A stretch of DNA of 62,575 nt, filler included. It is 23 parts of 23 records of this genome, joined end to end, with 100 filler letters (N's around TTAATTAATTAA, not from the genome) between each part and the next. Parts side by side here need not be neighbours in the genome. Positions count along the whole stretch, not along the records: positions 35,134 to 37,483 come from SRR36015645_262593; positions 37,584 to 40,042 come from SRR36015645_267083; positions 40,143 to 43,912 come from SRR36015645_272301; positions 44,013 to 47,193 come from SRR36015645_272947; 19 more parts are not named here. The stretch is one strand, 5' to 3'. How positions within the stretch are numbered: position 1 is the stretch's first letter; every line of letters begins with the position of its first letter. The notes below the pieces were generated by a model. It saw only the letters and a list, made by a program, of their open reading frames with translations. It had not been told where the DNA came from and did not search any database. This document shows, piece by piece, positions 35,134-47,293 of this stretch. The position numbers and the translations under genes are program-made.

Positions 35134-37481
35134 TTCCATACCTCAACTATCCTAACACAAAAAGAGTTTTTCCTAAGATTAGTGTTACAACCTGCCTTAT
35201 ATAGTTTAAGTTTGTTTCCTCTTGTCATAGTGATAGATGATATAATTAGGTTAGGACTTGTATCTTGGTCATATAGTTTATGAATAATTTTATAGGTCTC
35301 GATCATGTCACCTCTTAGGCGCCTATATACAAGTGTAGGTAACTTCAAGTATCTGAGTCTTTCTTCATATGACATATTTTTGAGCGCCGGAACTAAACGT
35401 GTTGATCTTCTCTGAACAGATTCTAATGACTTTACATACTTCTTCAAATATGGCTGCCACACAGAATTGGCATATTCTAGATGAGGTCTTACCAACGATT
35501 TAAATAATGTTAAAAATGTAACTGTATCTAAATTACAGAAAGTCCGTCTAATTACTCCCATAACACTATTTGCTTTTTTGATTTTGCTATTAATATGATC
35601 AACAAACTTAAGATTTGGATCTATCATGACGCCTATATCTTTCTCATATCTTTCACCAATATCTAACATATTTATGTTATCCAACTTGTTACCAGACAAA
35701 AAGTACTCATTGTAAGTGCCTTCACTAGAGCCTACACCAACAGACATGACACGACATTTATCCGGATGAAATTTGAGCAACCAAGTGTCCGACCAGTCAG
35801 ACAATTTATTTAGGTCTGCCTGAAGAATTACTGTATCTTGTACACTATGCATGGGCCTAAAAATCTTTGTATCATCTGCATATAAATAAACTTCTGAATC
35901 AATTACCTCCGGTAAGTCATTAATGAAAAGTATAAACAAAATTGGTCCCAATACCGATCCTTGTGGGATACCACTTGTCACCTGGGTCCAATCTGAAAAT
36001 TCACCCCCAACGCATACTCTCTGTCGCCTGTCTGATAAAAAGTCTTTGATCCAGTTTTTAACATAGCCAGTGATATGGTAAGATTCTAACTTACTGAGAA
36101 GCCTTTTATGTGGAACGGTATCGAACGCCTTCATAAAATCCATATATATCACATCAAGTGTACCACCATTATCTAAAATGGTTGTCCACTCATCCATAAG
36201 CTTAAGAAGTTGTAATGTGGTTGATCTGCCTTTAATGAACCCATATTGCTTACAGTTAAACAGTTTATTACTTTTCATAAAATTGATAATACTATCCCTA
36301 ACTATGGATTCCATCAGTTTACAAATAATACTAGTTAAGCTTACTGGCCTATAGTTGCCTGCCTCCTTTTTACGACCTTTCTTATATATGGCTGTGATAT
36401 GCGCTTCTTTCCATGATGAAGGTACCTTTCCTGTTCTAAGCGATGTCTGAAAAATAATTCTCAATGGCGAGACAATCACATCACTAAGTTCTTTCACTTC
36501 TCTAGCATGTATATCATCAGGCCCTGGCGACTTATTCGTTTTAAGTGAGTCTATTTTTTCTTTTATGCATTTGTCTGTGATTTCAATGTTGAAGAGCTCT
36601 TCATAAAAATCTGCCTTCCTAGGTAATTCTGTAAATTCCTCTGAGTTTTCAACTGTAAATACTGAGGAGAAAAACTTGTTCAAGACTTCTGATTTACCTT
36701 TATTGTCACTAGTTAATACTTTATTTCCACTGTCATCTATGTACTCTAAGTCTGCAACGGAATCCTTTGTTTTAGTTTTAGAGTTTACATGTTGCCAAAA
36801 CTTTTTGGGATTTTTCTTGATATTCTCCACGACACTCTTCTCTATACGCTTCTGAACATTCCTCGTCAAATTCCTAACTTTATTACGAATTCTGGTATAC
36901 TCCTGATATTTTTGCCCATCTTTTGTTTCCATGAAGCGATTCCATGCCCTATGTTTTTTCCTTATTAGAGCGAGTGATTTTTTGTCAAGTGCATATTTGA
37001 AAACTTTGCCATTGGCCATAGGTCTAACAGTATGATACGGTACACAAACTCGTTCTGCAGCTTTAAAATGTGACAAAAAGATCTCCCACTGTTTCTCTGG
37101 ATCATCTTTACAACCAGAAAATTCACCCTCCCAGTCAATATTTAACAACTCTCTGAATTTCACATAATCTGCCTTTTCTAATAGTTTCCTGGGCTTATTC
37201 GAATGGTATGCATCAATGTAACAATTAAAATCAAAACTTAGTACACAGTGGTCACTTTTTCCTAGGGGGCTCAGATACTCTACATTTGTGACCATGCCTT
37301 CTTCATTACTAAAAATTAGATCCAGTAATGATGGTTTGTTAGATCCCCTAGCCCTAGTACATTCATCAACATGCTGGTGCCAGAAAATATCTGCAATAGT
37401 TGACTGAAAAATATTATGACACTGATCATTCTGAGTAGATGTCCAATCATTCCAATCAAGCTGCGGGTAGTTGAAATCACC
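35134..37481 (-). mobile_element. ORF2: CR1-clade LINE ORF2 (APE C-terminal part, RT, C-terminus), partial
   Basis: GDFNYP, SDH, NPKKFW, KSPGPD, NYRPVSLTS, DFMKAFDTVPH, GIPQGSVLGP, YADDTK, RPHLEY, RRLRGDMIETYKI. Confidence 0.94.
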
Positions 37482-37583
37482 TANNNNNNNNNNNNNNNNN
37501 NNNNNNNNNNNNNNNNNNNNNNNNNNNTTAATTAATTAANNNNNNNNNNNNNNNNNNNNNNNNNNNNNNNNNNNNNNNNNNNN

Positions 37584-40042
37584 GAGGTTACGAAAGTAGA
37601 AGAGTATAACACCAAATGTATTTACATGCTTGAAAGAGCAAATCAAGCCATTAAGAAACTCTCCTCCGTAGAAGTTGCCTCGAATGTTTCTAATATCACA
37701 AATACTCAGACCGTTAGGCTCCCAAAAATTAATTTGCCTTACTTTGATGGGAAGCCCATCAAATGGACTAGTTTTTGGGAAATTTTTACCTCAACGATTG
37801 ATAGTAATGATGATTTGCCACTAGTGCAAAAATTCAGTTATTTGAGAGGGCAGTTAAAGGGGGAGGCATTAGCCTCCATTGATGGCTTTGCATTAACTGA
37901 AGCCAACTATGTGGAGGCAAAAGAGATTCTGATGAAGCGATTTGGAAATGAAGAAATCCAAATTGAGTGCTTGATCAAAAATTTGCTTGGCCTTGAAGTT
38001 CCAAAAACCATGGAACATAAAGGGTTGCGCCAGTTTCTAGACAACCTCGAGCTTAACGTTCGTGGTTTGAAATCGTTGAAAGTCACAGATGATAAATATG
38101 CTTGCTTTTTGATTCCTTTAATAGAATCAAAATTACCCACTCCTTTGCGTCTTGAGTGGAATCGTCGAGAAACTTTATTGCGTAAAACGGTTACACAATT
38201 AATGGAGTTTCTAACTAATGAGGTCATGATTCGCGAGCGGTCCTTTCGTAATGAAAAACCGCTCACAGTTACTAATGTAAGTAGTTTTACCAGAAACGCT
38301 AAACCTGGTAATGTAACTGCTGCTGCTTTGCAAGTGGGTTCAGATGTGAAAGGTCACCATGAATCATTTTCTTCTCCTAGGAAGAAAGCTTTTTGTGTAT
38401 GCTGCGAACAGCAACATGAAATATACAAGTGCGATAAATTCAAAGGCTTGAATTCTGGTAGTCGCAGAGACTTTGCTTGGACCCATCGCCTTTGTTTTCG
38501 GTGTCTTGCAAGAAATCATACTGCTAAGCAATGTAAATCAAAGTGGAGATGCAAAATTTGTAATGCATCCCATCACTATTTGTTACATGAGGAGACGGAG
38601 AAAAGAAGTGATTCCAGTTCACAGGCATCAAAATTCAAGGGCAATGCTGAGCCTAAAACGTTTAGTGGTCAGCAAAAGCAGGAAAGTACCAGCTATGATG
38701 GTAAGGTAGAGCAGAAAAGTTCCTTCACTGGAATCATCAATCAACATGAAGTGTCAAATATGACCACAATGCTAAAAACTACAACTGCTATAGCTATGGG
38801 ACCTAATGGCAACAATCATGCTCATATTGGAGTATTGATAGATGGTGGCAGCAACTTCTCCTACATCGCTGAAGACACTGTTAACCAGTTAAATCTCAAA
38901 GTCGTAGATACCATAATGGAAGGTATAAATTCCTTTGAGTCCGGTAGTTCATCTCCCAAAGTGACTAATATAGTTGAGGTCACTGTGTTGAATCAGTTCA
39001 ACACGAGTAAATCACTGACTATGAGAGCGCGCGTTGCTAGTAAGATTTGCGATCCTATTCCAATGCTTAATCCCTATGAAGAAAGCAAGAAATGGCCGCA
39101 TTTATATAGTATTCCCTTCGTGTTCGACAGTCAGCCTGAAATCGAGATCAATCTGCTAATCGGTGCAGATTACTACTGGCACACTGTCGAAGATATTGTA
39201 AGAGGACCCATTGAAGCACCCGTAGCCATCAAAACTTTGTTTGGCTGGTTGTTACATGGCAGGTCATATGGAGATAAGGGTGAGAAGTCTAATTGTTTTC
39301 TTACCATCTCAAAGACCAGCTCCAGTCTTGACAAACAACTACGAAAATTTTGGGAACTGGAATCCTTGGGGATAAAATCATCAGAAACTGAGGATCAGTC
39401 AAAAGAATCAGTTGATGTGGAATTTGAAAAGCTCATACACAAAAATGGAGAGCGCTATTCTGTCTCTTTACCGTGGAAATGTGAAAGGCGGCCAGAAAAC
39501 AATCTGAAACAGGCAGAAGCCAGGTATAGGCAACTATCTCAGAAATTGGGGAAGAATAATGACTTAAATGGTAAGTACACTTCCCAAATAAACGAGATGC
39601 TCGAGAAAGGGATTCTGGAAGAGGTAAATACACCTTCTCCAAAATCCGAAGTTGATGCCTTTTACTTGCCACATTTTGAAGTCATCAAAGAAGATAGTGA
39701 AACGACAACCTTGCGCGTAGTTTATGATGGCGCAGCAGGTAAACATAGACAAAACTCTATAAATGATTTTCTTCGCTCAGGCACATACAGTGGGGAAAAT
39801 TTATGGGAGCTTCTAATCCGTTTCAGATTATATCTCGTAGGACTTTGTGCAGACATTGGCAAAGCATTCTTAATGATAGAAATCAGTAAGACAGATAGGG
39901 ATTATTTGAGGATTCTTTGGCATGACAAGGTATTAAGACTGACCAGGTTACCTTTCGGTCTCACTTGTTCATCTTATGTTCTAGATTCCACAATTAAGCA
40001 TCACCTCTTATCTGAAATGCAGTCAGATCAGAGAGTACGAGA
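37584..40042 (+). mobile_element. gag-pol: Bel/Pao gag-pol (DUF1759-type gag, three Zn knuckles, protease, RT start), partial
   Basis: LPKINLPYFDG, KFSYL; CVCCEQQH...C, CFRCLARNH...C, CKICNASHHYLLH; IDGGS; LLIGADY; FWELESLGI; LRVVYD; ADIGKAFL; RLPFGL. Confidence 0.94.
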
Positions 40043-40290
40043 NNNNNNNNNNNNNNNNNNNNNNNNNNNNNNNNNNNNNNNNNNNNTTAATTAATTAANN
40101 NNNNNNNNNNNNNNNNNNNNNNNNNNNNNNNNNNNNNNNNNNCCACTCTTATGGTTTTTGAGCTATACGCCTATGTCCTATTGCTTAATCGTGTATAAAC
40201 TTTGACCCCCCACCACCACCACGTAGTGTAGTATATACCATTCACTGTTTTGTTTTCAGCCTTTGAGTTGAATCAACGCAGACAACAAAC

Positions 40291-42996
40291 ATGGAGAGGA
40301 CAAGGGCATCAAAAGCTAAAGTAAATCAGCTTACTGGCGGCAGTGTTTGTCAATGCGTTATCCATGATATATTAGTGGCAGATAGTACGCCCGGTTCTAA
40401 AAACTTCTTGCGAAAAATCGGCAACAAGTTTAAAGATACGAGTAAAATGGTTATACAGACAGCAATTACAAATCACATTCTGTTTGACACATCCAAGTAC
40501 ATTTGTGATTCGTGTTACCAACATATTAAGAAAAAGTATGGGCAACACACAAATACAGTTGAGTCGAAAAATGCTCCCAAAGTAGAACCAATAGATATCG
40601 ATACCCATGATGACGAAACAACACATCCAGCTGACTTTGATGATCATGGTCAGTCCACAGATATACCTAACATGCCTACAACGCCCATAGCTGAGCCTGA
40701 CATTTCCGAAACATGTACTGATCTGAATAAGTTGGAAACAGTTTTAGATGAAATGATTCGTGACATTAAAGAAAATAAAAACTGTGATACGAGCAGCATT
40801 AGTAACAAGATAATTGAGGTCGCTGGTTATTTGCTAAAGCAGAAGCTTTCTAGTGAAGTGAATCGACTCGAAACAAAGTTCAAGAGCAAGGATTTTTTAA
40901 GTAATTTAGATGCTGCACAGTACATCAATTGTTTTGATAACCAGATTGTGAACTTCTGCAAGTGTTTAATGTCTACACCAAATATTTGCACAAATGACTT
41001 GAAAACATATGGAGTAGCAAAACTTCTCGAGCAAATGATGTATTTGGTTGACTCACGTTTTGTCGGGCCAGTCACATTTCGAGAAACGTTAATATGCTAT
41101 CTTCTTAGCGGTAGCAAAACTGCTTTAACCATTTCTTGTGCAGGCACTTCTGCTGGTAGCTGGTGGTCCGTTAGAAAATGGATAGAGGACAATGCTGTTA
41201 CAACAAGTTTTCCTTGTAAAGATCTTGTTATTGTCATAGATAACAATCAGGTTGTTGGTAAAACATACCACTTACAACACCAACGAACTGGCTTACCTGT
41301 GTCTGTGGTGTGCAGCGTTATATCATTTCCGGTGTCACCCACCATACGGTACCAAACCGCAAACTTGGTAGAAATCGATTTAACGGCAGATGTTGCTCAC
41401 ACACTAGTGCAGGCATACATGCAGAAAACATCGACATACTTCAGAAATGTTCGTAAGCTGTATGTCGCACAAACAATTAACATTGTAAAACAAGAATTAG
41501 GTGCTACAATGTTGGACTATCTTGACATGCCAATGCGTAATGTAGATGAGCCGACATTTAAAAAGTCCAAAATAGAGGAGACATACAATTTAGCACAAGG
41601 CGATGCAATCAAATTACGACCACTAATCCATGATCCGTATAACATTGATCCATCCTCTCATGATGCGTGCTCAAAAATTATAAATAGTTTGCACGATAAA
41701 TTAATTGCAACAGGTGAGGATAGAAAGTGGTTTGAGCTTGTAGCAGATGGTAGGCCTTATGTTCTGATCATGGATCTGATGCAAGAATCACCTGAAATAA
41801 AAGAATGGTTGCTACTGAAGCCTGGGTGGGGTCACTACCACCATACAATGATACGCTCCATATTTAAATATGTGTGGCCAATATTTGGACAAAAGTTTGC
41901 TGCTGATATGAGCTTTAAGACAGAAAAGGCTCAGCAGTACTTTAAGAAAGCAAGTGACCACCACAAGGCTGACGAGAGCATAGACACTTTGCTGGATGGT
42001 AATGCTCGAGAGATTGTCCGCCTTTTTGTACTCTATTGCAATGACAGCAGTATGGATCCCACGGTGGTAAACTTTGAACTATGGTGTGGCAGTGTGGAAA
42101 ATGTCACATTACAGTTATATATAGACATAACATTTACGGCGCTGCTAGCCATTCGGCTCCTAAAACATGGAGTGCGACATAATGATACCACTGCTATTGC
42201 CGCTGCTCGGGTGAAGTTTGCACCAATGTTTTTTGTAATGAACAATGTACATTACCAAAAAATTGAATGTCATTACACTGCTCAATACCTGAAATCCTCA
42301 GAAGAGGTTAAATCATTCCTTGGTGATTTTGAATCTTTCACAACCAATCTCTCAAACAGAGGTGAAGGTGCTGACTACCAAATTGAAGTGGTGCACAAAC
42401 AGCTCAAGAGCCTCATATCGAGTGGTGTACCAATGTTTGACAAATGGGTTCGACTATATCGAGCCCTTTCTAATATTGACCAAGTCAAATCTGCTCTCCT
42501 AAATGAGATACCACTTGAAATATCGGCTACACTTGATAACATAATGCATAACTCACTAGACGAAGAAATTTGTTTGTGGCGTAAAACACTGCGCGAATCA
42601 AAGTGCTTGGAGAGTAACACGCAAAATGTGTTCGGTCACAACGGGGCTGTTTTAAGCGAGGACTGTTTGAATGCGTTTATGATAGGCCATGATCGCTTTG
42701 TGAAGTCGCTCAATGCGGCAGTAGTAGACGGCAAAATCAAAACGTTCAATTCCATATCACTAACAGCTGATGAAGTTCAAAACAGTGCCAACTTAGAAAC
42801 ATGGTTGAAGGCTGACCTCACAACAGAAGCGAACAAACTTATATCTAAGCTGCGTGGACGTGATAAGCCAAAATATTCCGGATATCTTAGAAAGGCAACT
42901 ACTAAGAATAAGCTCATTGAGCTTGTCGACAGCTTATCACACCTGGTCAATGACAATGGAGAGGAAAGTGAAGAAAGTGAAGATGAAGAACTATAG
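40291..42996 (+). CDS. Academ-like DDE transposase, complete 901 aa, no XPG domain
   Basis: VIDNNQ...ADGRPY...PGWGH...SDHHK...VRHND...GEGADYQIE..HK parallels the DN / D / GxxH / DxxxE layout of the AcademX proteins in this window. A TTTTCAG acceptor ends at 40259, just upstream of the ATG. Confidence 0.6.
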   Translation: MERTRASKAKVNQLTGGSVCQCVIHDILVADSTPGSKNFLRKIGNKFKDTSKMVIQTAITNHILFDTSKYICDSCYQHIKKKYGQHTNTVESKNAPKVEPIDIDTHDDETTHPADFDDHGQSTDIPNMPTTPIAEPDISETCTDLNKLETVLDEMIRDIKENKNCDTSSISNKIIEVAGYLLKQKLSSEVNRLETKFKSKDFLSNLDAAQYINCFDNQIVNFCKCLMSTPNICTNDLKTYGVAKLLEQMMYLVDSRFVGPVTFRETLICYLLSGSKTALTISCAGTSAGSWWSVRKWIEDNAVTTSFPCKDLVIVIDNNQVVGKTYHLQHQRTGLPVSVVCSVISFPVSPTIRYQTANLVEIDLTADVAHTLVQAYMQKTSTYFRNVRKLYVAQTINIVKQELGATMLDYLDMPMRNVDEPTFKKSKIEETYNLAQGDAIKLRPLIHDPYNIDPSSHDACSKIINSLHDKLIATGEDRKWFELVADGRPYVLIMDLMQESPEIKEWLLLKPGWGHYHHTMIRSIFKYVWPIFGQKFAADMSFKTEKAQQYFKKASDHHKADESIDTLLDGNAREIVRLFVLYCNDSSMDPTVVNFELWCGSVENVTLQLYIDITFTALLAIRLLKHGVRHNDTTAIAAARVKFAPMFFVMNNVHYQKIECHYTAQYLKSSEEVKSFLGDFESFTTNLSNRGEGADYQIEVVHKQLKSLISSGVPMFDKWVRLYRALSNIDQVKSALLNEIPLEISATLDNIMHNSLDEEICLWRKTLRESKCLESNTQNVFGHNGAVLSEDCLNAFMIGHDRFVKSLNAAVVDGKIKTFNSISLTADEVQNSANLETWLKADLTTEANKLISKLRGRDKPKYSGYLRKATTKNKLIELVDSLSHLVNDNGEESEESEDEEL

Positions 42997-43000
42997 GTAT

Positions 43001-43041
43001 TTATATATATATACATATATGTGATTATGTGTGTGTGTGTG
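43001..43041. repeat. (TA)n/(TG)n microsatellite just after the stop codon
   Basis: TATATATATATACATATAT...GTGTGTGTGTGT. Confidence 0.8.
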
Positions 43042-43144
43042 TTTTAAGGATAATTTATCAATTTCATTATTGTTACTGTATAGGGAACCATATTCGTGTA
43101 CTGGTACTAGTTTAGCCTAAATGTGAAATATCGAAACTATATAT

Positions 43145-43901
43145 ATACCTGTTTAGTCATAACTTTTGTGCCCATTTCGGCATAAAACTTATGCCAAATG
43201 AGGCATACAATACCGATGTGATGTCAGAATACAGAAGCATGCCCGCTTAGGCATAACGTGTATGCCTATTTTGGCATGAAAGAATATTATTGTTTAAAAA
43301 AACCAAACACAGGGACACAAGATAAAAGTGGGTGCTAAAACGGGCATAAAAGTTATGCCTAAACGGGCATGCTTCTGTAATCTGAGATCTCATTGGCATC
43401 GTATGCCGTATTTGGCATAAGTTTTATGCCCAATCGGGCATTATGCTTGATCGTGTCATAACATAATTGAGAGTTCACAATATTAAACTTTAAAGCATTA
43501 CATGATTACTGTTTTACAGGTTATTATTTTGTATAGAAAGTCAGTGGCTTTATATATAATTATGTAGTGTGAGATATGTTAAATTATTAAACTAATACAA
43601 ATGGAAAATAGTCGGAGACAGTTTTTCGTGGACATAATGCGGATCGTGAAAAATTGGGATTTTTACCTTCTCGGGGCTTTGTACACTTGATACAGTAGGT
43701 GGCCTATGCATGCTTTGGCATAGTTAAGCAACCATGGATTTCCAAATGGGCATACTCATATACTGATATAGGCCTACCATGCATATAGCCTAATTACCAT
43801 GAATTAGACATACCTACAGACCTAATACATGTAATACAATTATTATATTTGGGTACATTACATGCCTGATTAGGCATACGTGTGTATGCCCGATTTGGCA
43901 T
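43145..43901. repeat. ATGCC-N6-GGCAT dyad array with an 89-bp inverted repeat
   Basis: Perfect dyads at 43191, 43239, 43262, 43355, 43403, 43426, 43862 and 43886; degenerate copies at 43145, 43168, 43332 and 43706. Inverted arms 43169-43257 and 43352-43440. Confidence 0.9.
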
Positions 43902-44012
43902 AACATGTTTATNNNNNNNNNNNNNNNNNNNNNNNNNNNNNNNNNNNNNNNNNNNNTTAATTAATTAANNNNNNNNNNNNNNNNNNNNNNNNNNNNNNNN
44001 NNNNNNNNNNNN

Positions 44013-46929
44013 CAGTGGCAGGCATGGCTGACTGTAATGTGCGGAGGGTGGGTAAGGCTGGGTCAAATGGGTAGGAGTCAAACTCATTCATGCATGCAAT
44101 CATGTTTTGCACACACCGTTCATCTTCTCGAATCCGTTTTGGACCACATTCCGTGTGCTTCCTCTTTGTTTCTTTTCGGTTGGCGTGGGCGTTGTGAGCC
44201 GCCCGAATCCGGGCCACGTTGTTCACATTTCTGGAGTGCACCAACAGCTGCTTCTCATTTTGGAGGATAGAGAGCCAGCCGGACTTCATTTTGCTGCCCT
44301 TGTTCATGGTACACTCGATCCACATGTCCCAGGCCATATTGGAGTAAGGTTTCCCTGTAATGGACTGAGAGAAGTCAGTTCGGAGAAAGGCAACCTGATC
44401 AGCAGGGAGAGTTGTCAGCATCGCCCAGAAATCTGGCAGCCACCTCCCGTATCTATTGTTGTCATATGCTATCATCCATGGCAACATGGCACGCAGAGAG
44501 CTGACATACTCATCCCAGTTGCAGATATGGACTGCATGAACATTCTGCATCAGAGCATCGGTCATGGCCAAGAAGTCCCTCCAGTAGTCCGCCATATCAC
44601 TAGCCTCCACCTGGTTGAATAGATTTGTGATGAGGCTCTCAAGTTCAGCATCATCCTGCAGTGCTGCATGAGCATCAGCGCGGGATTCTTGGGATTGACT
44701 AATATCTCTCAGGATCTCGAGATTCTTCTTGGTCTCATCAACTAGGTCAAACGCAAGCCTCCCCTGCACCAGTTGACTGACGAGTGCCTCATATATGAGC
44801 CTCAAGCAACGTAGCCCCCTCTTGTAGTGCTTGCCTTTTAGTGCTTGGTCAACAGAGCCTTCGGTAATTACTCCACCTGCTACAAGGACTTCTCCTAGCT
44901 CACTCCCCTTGTAACGCTTGTAGATAGCGCTCATCATCACACACTGTGTATGAAAGGGGCCAAGAAAGGGCACTATGTCACGGAAATCGTTTGGGTTTTC
45001 AGCCTTGAGCTGGGTGATGAGGACGTATACAGGATGATCTCCCACTAAGAAGGCAAAGGGCATGTGCTTAACGGCAATAATGGTAGACAGTTTGTCCATT
45101 ACATCCTTCACGACTGACTTGTTAGGTGGTTGATTGTAGGATGTATGAAAATAAGCGTTGCTCTTCCCCTGTTCCACATTCAAGCCAGCGTGAAACCCAT
45201 TGAAGGAAGGGGTAGTTTGCTTGTTTGCATCGGGCCGCTCACCATTCACGTCCAAACGAGCAAGAGCATGAATAATGCTCCTCTTGCGCTGTGGCCCGGT
45301 AGTTGATGAAAATGTAGCTGGCTTAGGGCGAATGGCAGGCTCACCAACCTTAATGGTTCTATATGGTATAACTGTCTGCATCTCAGATGCCTTCTCAGTC
45401 AGTGCCTGCGACACATTCTTGGTATCATTAATGCGTTCATGTTCATCCTCGGTGGAAGCATCTTCTTTCTCTACAAGACGTTCTATACGCTGCAAAAACA
45501 TCCAGTTACAGCGGTGCGCAGTACCCCCTCCTGTCAAAGTGTCATTACGAAAATCGTCATTATCGATGATACTGATGCTCGGTTCCCCCTCAGCAATCGC
45601 GTCAGGGCAGACTGAACACCGCTTGAGGTCATGCATGGTCCAAACATCGCGCAGAAGAAGCACATTAGAGTAGCTGATCCCCATGCCCAGCTTGTAGTAA
45701 GAGTCAACAAGTTCCTTGCTGCGAGTAATCCCATGAAGGGTGATGGTGGCATTGATAGCGGTAGTGGTGGGTCGCTTTACAATGTACTGTGTGATGAGAG
45801 AAGCGAGAGAGAGTGTTTTTGGAGAAAGATCTACCTCCTTCTTTCCCTGCAAAGCAGATAGCAGCTGCATCATGAGAGGTGAGAGCTCTTCTTCATCCTC
45901 TAGCTCCTCAATCGTCGGTGGCCATGGGACGAGTTTGATGGACTTGATGTCATCTCTGAGCCGCTCAGCTACGTTATGCACCAGTTGCTCACTGCTGACA
46001 CCGATGGAGAATAGTGCTGCTTCGACATAAGTACCACCCCCAGATGTGTCATATACTAGGTCACTCTGGTTCATCTGAGGGCGGGAATGGAAACCGATCT
46101 TGGCCCCAAACTCACGGGTCAGGATGTCTTTGATGTAGGACGACTTGACTCCAGATGTCGAGAAGCCATACCGAGATATCATAGATCTATAGTCTTGAAG
46201 GAGGCTCTGTAGTGACCTTAGCTCATGTTCCTCAAAGATGACTATTTTGATGTGATCAAAGAACATTGTCTGAGCCTCACGGAAAGTGATATTGTGCATG
46301 CGTGGGAGTTTATCATCTTCACTCATTTTCTGGTAACTACGCACATATTTTAACCAGCATTTGAGGTGATATCTGATTTCAAGTGCATAGGGCTGATCTT
46401 CTGCAGAATCGATCAGACAGTTGATTCTGTCTCGCATTATTTGATCTTCTAGGGCTACTGTGTGGCTCTTGAATGCTGCCCATGCGTGATCATATGAAAT
46501 TAGGATCAGCTTTGATTCTCGGTGCTTGGGCGACTCTGGTGTACAACACCAGACACATTTTGTCTTATCATGGATTGGCCCTAGACTTGACCGCAGTCGC
46601 TTCGAAGCTGGAGCTGCAGGTGGGAAACAATCATCAGACTTAGACGTAGATTGACCTTGGCTCTCATCAACCTCTCGTTCTCTCTGCCTTTTTGTGGCCT
46701 GTTCCAGTTTCTTGACACTCGATAAAGACAACCTACATGCATCATGTACATATTGTCCGATAGGACCCTTATCCCAATCCACAGTTGCATAGACGTCTCC
46801 AAATTTGTCAAGACCCCTCCATAGCAGGGCCTTTGTCTTGAGGTTTTCCCACTTCGTGGTTGAGGCAATGGAATCAGTGACTTCATCACATGGCCTGCCG
46901 CACTGGAGTACACACGGAATGGTGGACAT
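44013..46929 (-). mobile_element. AcademX-type transposase, N-terminal and catalytic part, 3' truncated
   Basis: CVWC...YHLKC Zn motif; LGMGISY; IIDNDD...TAH; VGDHPVY; LGPFH; GKHYKRG; YGRW; DMWIECTMNK. Likely start ATG at 46929 (MSTIPC), after a TTTTTTTCAG acceptor at ~46961. Confidence 0.8.
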
Positions 46930-47170
46930 TGTCAATAGTCTTGCATGATCATACCAATCTCTGAAAAAAAGCAAAAGTAATAATTATGTTATTTGATGCA
47001 ACAAATATACAAAGGAAGAGTGTAGTTGGGTCTAGAACCTCAATCTCGTGACCATTCTCTGGCTAAGATGTTTTGACAGTTGATTTGACTTCCTTGGACC
47101 TTTTGTAAAAAAAATTAGCCCCCCGGCCCCTCCCAAAAATCCCGGCATTTTTTTCTAGCGGGCCAAATCC

Positions 47171-47193
47171 AAGATGGCCGCCGCCGCCATCTT
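47171..47193. repeat. Sub-terminal dyad AAGATGGC-N7-GCCATCTT
   Basis: Seen directly at the fragment end upstream of the transposase. Confidence 0.55.
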
Positions 47194-47293
47194 NNNNNNN
47201 NNNNNNNNNNNNNNNNNNNNNNNNNNNNNNNNNNNNNTTAATTAATTAANNNNNNNNNNNNNNNNNNNNNNNNNNNNNNNNNNNNNNNNNNNN

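Noticed and set aside
43145-43901. Dyad array as a CRISPR array
   Set aside because: Units are 16-bp dyads with 7-8 nt gaps, there are no cas genes, and the context is eukaryotic.
46930-46974. ORF-track start (TTG) of the 1005-aa protein, and other GTG/TTG starts
   Set aside because: Bacterial-style start calls in eukaryotic DNA; this one overlaps a splice acceptor, so the ATG at 46929 is preferred.
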